DNA of 64,000 bases. It comes from Podarcis vaucheri. Taxonomy: Eukaryota. Below the pieces are notes generated by a model. It saw only the letters and a program-made list of their open reading frames with translations. It searched no databases and was not told the origin of the DNA. The translations under genes were made by a program, and so were the position numbers. The first letter of the stretch is position 1. The number at the start of each line of letters is the position of its first letter. Below are positions 62,710 to 64,000 of the stretch, in pieces. The DNA is taken from NCBI GenBank assembly GCA_965113315.1, contig OZ220370.1, one strand, 5' to 3'.

Positions 62710-64000
62710 CATCCTCCTGAAGCGTGATGCATGTAACATCATACATGTGCATTGGCTGCCCCCCATTGCTGGCTGCAACTCAGCACCTCTGAGATCTGCC
62801 AACAACTGTTTCCTGTTTAGCCTATTCACTGGCATATATTTGCCACCAGAACAGGGCCACTGGCAGAGTGTTTCACCAACGTATTTTTGTGGGGGGTGGT
62901 GGGGTATTCCACCAGCTTAGCAGAGGTTCTGCCAAATCCTAAAGCCCGTTCGAGGGATCTCAAGTGTAGGAATATGCCCTAAGTTTCTAGTCCTTTCGAT
63001 GTAAGAAGTCATTCCAATAAAAATGCAGATCTAGGACAACCACTTTTTAAGACAGGATGGGCCAAACCATAGCTTTGTTAGCTGGGCATTTAATGCCCAC
63101 CCCCCGCTGCTCTACAGAGTGTAAGCAAAACCAGACTAGTGTGTTAAGGACAAGTTATTGAAGTACTTAGCCAGTTGAACAAGTTTAATTATCCCCCTAC
63201 CCTCATAAATTGAAAGCAGCATCGTTTAAAAAATCAAAGCAAAATAAAGCAATTCTGTTAAAAATGAAAAATTTGACATAGTAACAGCTTATTTACTATG
63301 TATTTTTAATGACTGAAAAGACAGATAATAAGCAAGATATGATTTAATGGCCACATTTAGCCCACCCGAACCCCTCCCTATAAAACTACTCTGTTCCAAA
63401 GCTTGATAAATCAAAGTCTGCTGTGTTACCCAGCAGACAAGCCAAGGCTTTGGTCAAAAATGTAAAAAGGTGTTAATTAGCCATCAGAGGAAGCCCATAC
63501 AGTCTCATAAATGTAATAGAAGAAGCCTATTAAACCAATAAACAAATTAATTGAAAATGTTACATCAGGGCTACAGGGTTCATACAAAGTACACCCAGCT
63601 TCATATTAAGATCCACTAAAAAAGAAATTCTATAGCAGGCATGTTCTCTATTTGTTTCTGTTTTACTCATAGAAAAAATAATAATTTCCCCTTACAAGAA
63701 CCTTCTGTCTCGCCCCCTCCCCTGCTTTCCCTGATTTAAAGTTATGATATACTTGGGTAAAACAAAGGAGCAAAATTAAATAAAACCCTTATGATTCCTC
63801 CTCACTCAGGGCGGTTAACCCTCTCTAATTAAAATCAATGGGATTGAAATCTCCCATTGAAACCAAAATGTCTTAAAAGTATTTAACTGTTGATAGATGG
63901 TAAGCCAGGTTTCATAGAAGACAAGAAAACATAAAGTGGAAAGGAACACCAAGGAATGCATTCACATTCAAATTACCTCTGTCCACCAATTTAATAAAAT

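Overview
Vertebrate genomic DNA, most likely a lacertid lizard. This is inferred from Sauria/Squam1 SINEs, Squam3-like SINEs, BovB, and squamate L2/CR1 fragments. I found no host protein-coding exon I can support: the window reads as intronic or gene-desert DNA with many transposable elements, TAAT-rich candidate conserved non-coding blocks and one 156-N gap. The standout is a young 3,709-bp Ty1/Copia-type LTR element (26096-29804), with 399-bp LTRs differing at 3 positions and a 5-bp AGTTT TSD. It keeps a long Gag-protease-integrase ORF but has no reverse transcriptase or RNase H, and its protease and integrase catalytic motifs are degenerate. Each LTR carries a sense-strand initiator-tRNA-Met-like module, and the half-tRNAiMet primer-binding site is shortened and folds into a hairpin. 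This is a candidate undescribed non-autonomous retroelement with a built-in tRNA mimic. Other notable items are a Penelope fragment with a hammerhead ribozyme core, a solo LTR rich in CCAAT boxes, a BovB 5'+3' bipartite mini-element, a same-site double SINE insertion, and a possible Tc1/mariner excision footprint.
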